Source: a virus (taxonomy: Duplodnaviria; Caudoviricetes). Taken from it: a stretch of 30,574 bases of DNA. The stretch covers positions 1 to 30,574 of IMG/VR virus record IMGVR_UViG_3300032118_003131. The stretch is one strand, 5' to 3'. The position numbers and the translations under genes are program-made. The notes beneath the pieces are model-generated. The model saw nothing but the letters and a program-made list of their open reading frames with translations, did not search any database and had not been told where the DNA came from. Below, one piece after another: positions 27,229 to 30,574 of the stretch (position 1 is its first letter; every line of letters starts with the position of its first letter).

Positions 27229-28128
27229 ATGGAAGAAAACGAAGCATTAGTTGAGTTATTGGAGGAAGTTCTTGGTGATCACGGACTCCACTACGCCAAT
27301 AAAGGACAAATCTCTTTTAACTGTCCTGTATGTGATGATGGTAGAAATAAACATAATTTGGAAATTAACTACATAGATAATGTTTATAAATGTTGGTCCT
27401 GCGGTGATAGTGAAAACACACACGGACCTTTGGGTAGAATATTTGATAAATACGGAAATAAAAAACAAAAAAAACTATATCAAGTTTTTAAACCTGAAAC
27501 TGTAGTAAAAAGAGAAAGAAAGAAAAAAACACTTAAACTTCCCGAAAGTTTTACCTTATTCAAAGACTCAAGTAAGGTATACCCAATTAGAAGACAAGCA
27601 ATAAATTACCTATATAATCGGGGAATTTCCGATTATATGATTGAAAAATATCAAATTGGGTTTTGTGATAAGGGAGATCATGCCGGTAGAATTATAATTC
27701 CATCTTATGGTGGTAAGGGAGAATTGAATTACTATATCGCAAGAAGTTGGGATCCAATGTCAAGGGCCAAATATAAAAACCCTGAAGCAGAAAAAGATAA
27801 AATTATTTTTTGGGAAAATCTTATTGATTGGAAAAAAGATATATTTTTGGTTGAGGGCGCTTTTGATGGTCTATTTTTAGATAACTCAATACCCATGCTT
27901 GGTAAACATATGTCAGAACTTTTATTCGAAACAATATATATGAAAGCTAAGGGTGATATAACAATATGTTTAGATGCCGATGCTTGGCAAAATGCGGTTA
28001 AACTTTATCACGAGTTAAATGGTGGTGAATTATGGGGAAAAATTAAACTAATAAAATTACCTGAAGATTCAGATATTGCAGATCTGAGAGGTGAAATAAA
28101 AGATGAATATTATCGTATAATAAAATAA
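27229..28128 (+). CDS. dnaG: DnaG-type (TOPRIM) DNA primase
   Basis: 299 aa; N-terminal zinc finger CPVCD...CWSC, YLYNRGIS, GRIIIP, KYKNP, and TOPRIM motifs LVEGAFDG and CLDADA. Confidence 0.9.
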   Translation: MEENEALVELLEEVLGDHGLHYANKGQISFNCPVCDDGRNKHNLEINYIDNVYKCWSCGDSENTHGPLGRIFDKYGNKKQKKLYQVFKPETVVKRERKKKTLKLPESFTLFKDSSKVYPIRRQAINYLYNRGISDYMIEKYQIGFCDKGDHAGRIIIPSYGGKGELNYYIARSWDPMSRAKYKNPEAEKDKIIFWENLIDWKKDIFLVEGAFDGLFLDNSIPMLGKHMSELLFETIYMKAKGDITICLDADAWQNAVKLYHELNGGELWGKIKLIKLPEDSDIADLRGEIKDEYYRIIK

Positions 28129-28991
28129 TGGATTTAAAAAAAATTGCACAAGAAATAAGAGACATCATCTCTGAAAGACAAAAAGAATTCCAACTCACCT
28201 TTGAGGAGGAAAGTCATAAATACACCATGTTGGATAAAAACGGTGTTCTAAAATCAGATTTTCCATCGGTATCTAAAGTCATGAAACTTTTTTACGACGA
28301 GTTTCCAACCGAACAGGCGGCATTTAATAAGGCTGGAGGAGATCCCGATGAGGCCGAAAGATTGGTTAATGAATGGGCAGAGTTAGGAAGAAAATCAGCT
28401 AACTTGGGGTCTCGTTGTCACTTCTTTTTAGAGGAACACACTCTTAATGAGTTTGGGATTGATAAAGTGGTTCGACAACCAATATTTGATTGTGATGCCG
28501 AACAAATTATCAAAAGTGATACGATGATAATTGCAGGTAAAAGATATATTGAATTACTCAAAGAAAGAGGATGTGTGTTGATTGATACTGAGATTGTTTT
28601 AGGCCACCCTGAACTTGGATATACCGGTCAACCCGATAAGGTATGGTTGGTTATTGGAACAAATGGTAAGGTTGGTATTTTAATAACAGACTGGAAATCA
28701 AATAAACCAAAAAACTTTGAGGTTACTCGTTATACAAAAAAAATGAAAAAACCTTTTGAAGATTTACCTGACAATGCATTGGGTCACTATAACACTCAGT
28801 TACCTTTTTATGGTAAACTAATTTTGAAAATGTTGGAAGGATCAAAATATGAAGACATACAACTTTTAGGTTGTATTATTGTGTTAATAACAGAAGAAAG
28901 AGAGTATCACGAACATCGAGTTTCTAAAAAAACTATGAATAAAATTCTTGAAATGGATATAAAACAACATTTGACTAAACTTAAAAAATAA
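28128..28991 (+). CDS. PD-(D/E)XK family exonuclease
   Basis: 287 aa; FEEESHKY, PSVS, LGSRCH, TE..., GQPDKV, ITDWKSNK and QLPFYG follow the RecB/lambda-exo-like motif order. Confidence 0.85.
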   Translation: MDLKKIAQEIRDIISERQKEFQLTFEEESHKYTMLDKNGVLKSDFPSVSKVMKLFYDEFPTEQAAFNKAGGDPDEAERLVNEWAELGRKSANLGSRCHFFLEEHTLNEFGIDKVVRQPIFDCDAEQIIKSDTMIIAGKRYIELLKERGCVLIDTEIVLGHPELGYTGQPDKVWLVIGTNGKVGILITDWKSNKPKNFEVTRYTKKMKKPFEDLPDNALGHYNTQLPFYGKLILKMLEGSKYEDIQLLGCIIVLITEEREYHEHRVSKKTMNKILEMDIKQHLTKLKK

Positions 28992-28999
28992 ACTATAAT
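28971..28999 (+). promoter_or_regulatory. Near-consensus sigma70-type promoter
   Basis: TTGACT (28971-76), 17-nt spacer, TATAAT (28994-99), at the head of the small-gene cluster. Confidence 0.65.
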
Positions 29000-29004
29000 T
29001 ATAT

Positions 29005-29094
29005 ATGGAAACTACAATTACACCTATTTGGTATACCAACACAAGTTGGGACAACTCAACAATTAAAATAAACATAAATTATATAATAAAATAA
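29005..29094 (+). CDS. Putative 29-aa peptide (METTITPIWYTNTSWDNSTIKININYIIK), absent from the ORF track
   Basis: Fills the gap after the promoter; its TAA overlaps the next ATG (TAATG), as at other gene junctions here. Confidence 0.5.
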   Translation: METTITPIWYTNTSWDNSTIKININYIIK

Positions 29095-29309
29095 TGGACG
29101 ATATTATAAGACCAAAAATTAACTTGAAAGAACAACAAACTATCAAGTGTGAAAAATGTGAATCAAAGTACTTCAAAGAAGTAACTATGTTAAAAAAAGT
29201 ACCTGCATTATTAACAGGAAGTCATGAAGACACAATTGTTCCATTTCCAACTTATATGTGTAATGATTGTGGACATGTTAATTCAGACTTTGAATTATTT
29301 ATTGACTGA
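29094..29309 (+). CDS. Small zinc-ribbon protein
   Basis: 71 aa with CEKC and CNDCGH pairs. Confidence 0.75.
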   Translation: MDDIIRPKINLKEQQTIKCEKCESKYFKEVTMLKKVPALLTGSHEDTIVPFPTYMCNDCGHVNSDFELFID

Positions 29310-29455
29310 TGAGATTAGGTGACATGACAATTAGTGAAGCTTACCCACATCTTAAAATTGTGGCATTGGCGTATGGTTTAAAATTAAACAGAGCAAAAGA
29401 TTTTAAATTTGCAAGAATTATTTTAGTAAATCTTTATAATAGAGAATTATGTTAA
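29309..29455 (+). CDS. Putative 48-aa basic protein (MRLGDMTISEAYPHLK...NLYNRELC), absent from the ORF track
   Basis: Start overlaps the upstream stop (TGATG) and the end overlaps the next ATG by 7 nt; fills the gap completely. Confidence 0.6.
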   Translation: MRLGDMTISEAYPHLKIVALAYGLKLNRAKDFKFARIILVNLYNRELC

Positions 29456-29670
29456 CACACAAAGAATTTTATATTTGGTTAGAAGGTTATCTTTATGGTA
29501 AACTTGAAAATAAACACATTGATATTTCACCTATCGTTGAAAAAATGAGTCATGTTAAGGAGGAAAAACATGAATCAATTAAAATAACGCCATTTGAAAG
29601 AATACCAATACCAATAAATCCATTCCCAATAGAAGATGATTTGGGATATCCGCCAAAAATAGTAATGTAA
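29449..29670 (+). CDS. Hypothetical protein
   Basis: 73-aa ORF (EFYIWLEGYL..., Pro-rich tail), tightly packed with its neighbours. Confidence 0.6.
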   Translation: MLTHKEFYIWLEGYLYGKLENKHIDISPIVEKMSHVKEEKHESIKITPFERIPIPINPFPIEDDLGYPPKIVM

Positions 29671-29672
29671 TT

Positions 29673-30005
29673 ATGATTGAAGATATTAAAGTTATACACC
29701 TTAAGAGTAACGCACAACAACTTGAAACATGGATTGCCATGTTAAATGGTGAAATTATAGGTCACATATATATGGAACGAGAAGAAAGTAATAAAATAAA
29801 ATTTTTAGATGCTTGGGTACACGAAGAACATAGACTAAAAGGTGTTTTTAGAATGTTGTGGGATACTAGATGGGAATATGTTAAAACTCGTTATAGTGGG
29901 TTTACTGTATATGCTTGGTGTAAACCAAGTTCATTACCATTATTAATTGAGAAAGGATTCACTGAAGGTGAGACATCAACTTATGTTGAAAAAACAATAA
30001 TATAA
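29673..30005 (+). CDS. GNAT-family acetyltransferase
   Basis: 110 aa; GEIIGHI strand, AWVHEEHRLKGVF (acetyl-CoA-binding motif A, V..xxRxxG) and LLIEKGF (motif B). Confidence 0.7.
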   Translation: MIEDIKVIHLKSNAQQLETWIAMLNGEIIGHIYMEREESNKIKFLDAWVHEEHRLKGVFRMLWDTRWEYVKTRYSGFTVYAWCKPSSLPLLIEKGFTEGETSTYVEKTII

Positions 30006-30372
30006 ATAAATTAAAACTATGAAAAACTTATTAACCATCATTGTTAGTACATCAATTCTTATTGGAATATTTGCTGCCATTATCAATAATAGAGTAAATA
30101 CCAAATTTAGTACACTAATAAAAGATAAAGAAAAAATAATTGACAGTCTTAAAAAAAATCCCCATGTAGACACTCTATGGTTATCATTACCTGAAGACTC
30201 CATCAAGGTTCAAATAGGAAAACAATTAAAAAAAATTAAATCTCAAAAAGATAGAAATAGGGTATTAAAAGAATATATTATTTTATTAGAAAATGAAAAC
30301 CAATTTTTAGGTAGTGTTATTGCAGAGAAAGAATTAGAAAATAGTATCAAATAATAAATAAATTAAAACTAT
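30002..30372 (+). repeat. 19-bp perfect direct repeat ATAAATAAATTAAAACTAT at 30002-30020 and 30354-30372
   Basis: Identical copies on either side of ORF 30019..30354. Confidence 0.8.
30019..30354 (+). CDS. Membrane-anchored coiled-coil protein
   Basis: 111 aa; N-terminal hydrophobic helix LLTIIVSTSILIGIFAAII, then K/E-rich helical segments. Confidence 0.6.
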   Translation: MKNLLTIIVSTSILIGIFAAIINNRVNTKFSTLIKDKEKIIDSLKKNPHVDTLWLSLPEDSIKVQIGKQLKKIKSQKDRNRVLKEYIILLENENQFLGSVIAEKELENSIK

Positions 30373-30376
30373 AAAA

Positions 30377-30574
30377 ATGGATAAAGATAAAATTAATGAG
30401 TTGTCAATAACTCAACAAATTAAAACCCAATTAGAAAACTCTAACATAAATGTTGTTATTACACCAGTTATGTATGACCCAGATGGATTTACACCTGTGT
30501 TAGGTGTGTTAGTAAAAAACGAAGATTCAAGTTACACTAGAAAATATACAATAACGGTTAAACCAAACAATTAA
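30377..30574 (+). CDS. Hypothetical protein
   Basis: 65-aa ORF ending with TAA at the window edge. Confidence 0.55.
   Translation: MDKDKINELSITQQIKTQLENSNINVVITPVMYDPDGFTPVLGVLVKNEDSSYTRKYTITVKPNN

Noticed and set aside
28128-28991. Cas4 / CRISPR-associated nuclease
   Set aside because: No C-terminal Fe-S cysteine cluster, and no other cas genes or array; fits a generic phage PD-(D/E)XK exonuclease.
1957-29075. Other short nested or antisense ORFs in the track (e.g. 1957, 2583, 3160, 3255, 5100, 7100, 8687, 10515, 24661, 27256, 28884)
   Set aside because: They lie wholly or largely within longer, well-supported genes and show no recognisable motifs.
30019-30354. Spanin or holin call
   Set aside because: Only a single TM helix plus coiled coil; no overlapping lipoprotein gene or adjacent endolysin.
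1-30574. Stop-codon reassignment as in some large phages
   Set aside because: Very long ORFs are intact in the standard code, TAG, TGA and TAA all end genes at sensible junctions, and coding density is near complete.

Overview
AT-rich window from what looks like a large contractile-tailed (myovirus-type) dsDNA phage, read in the standard genetic code. Bases 1-24331 are a co-oriented baseplate/fibre module: a T4 gp6-like wedge protein, a 1893-aa protein with an internal multi-helix hydrophobic block, a gp7/P2 gpI-like wedge protein, two SprB-repeat proteins, and a protein whose two ends resemble a P2 gpH/DUF3751 tail-collar domain. Next come a RuvC-like resolvase, an inverted two-gene fibre cassette, a DnaG-type primase, a PD-(D/E)XK nuclease and small accessory genes. 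The main observation is a glycosyltransferase whose motif order resembles plant peptidyl-Ser/Hyp O-glycosyltransferases (GT96/GT95). It lies among predicted virion proteins built from Pro-Thr mucin-like stalks and shuffled Cys-rich mini-domains, and these proteins are enriched in an [ST]-G-x-[ST] motif. Together this suggests a phage-encoded virion O-glycosylation system. All family calls are by-eye motif recognition; no searches were run.
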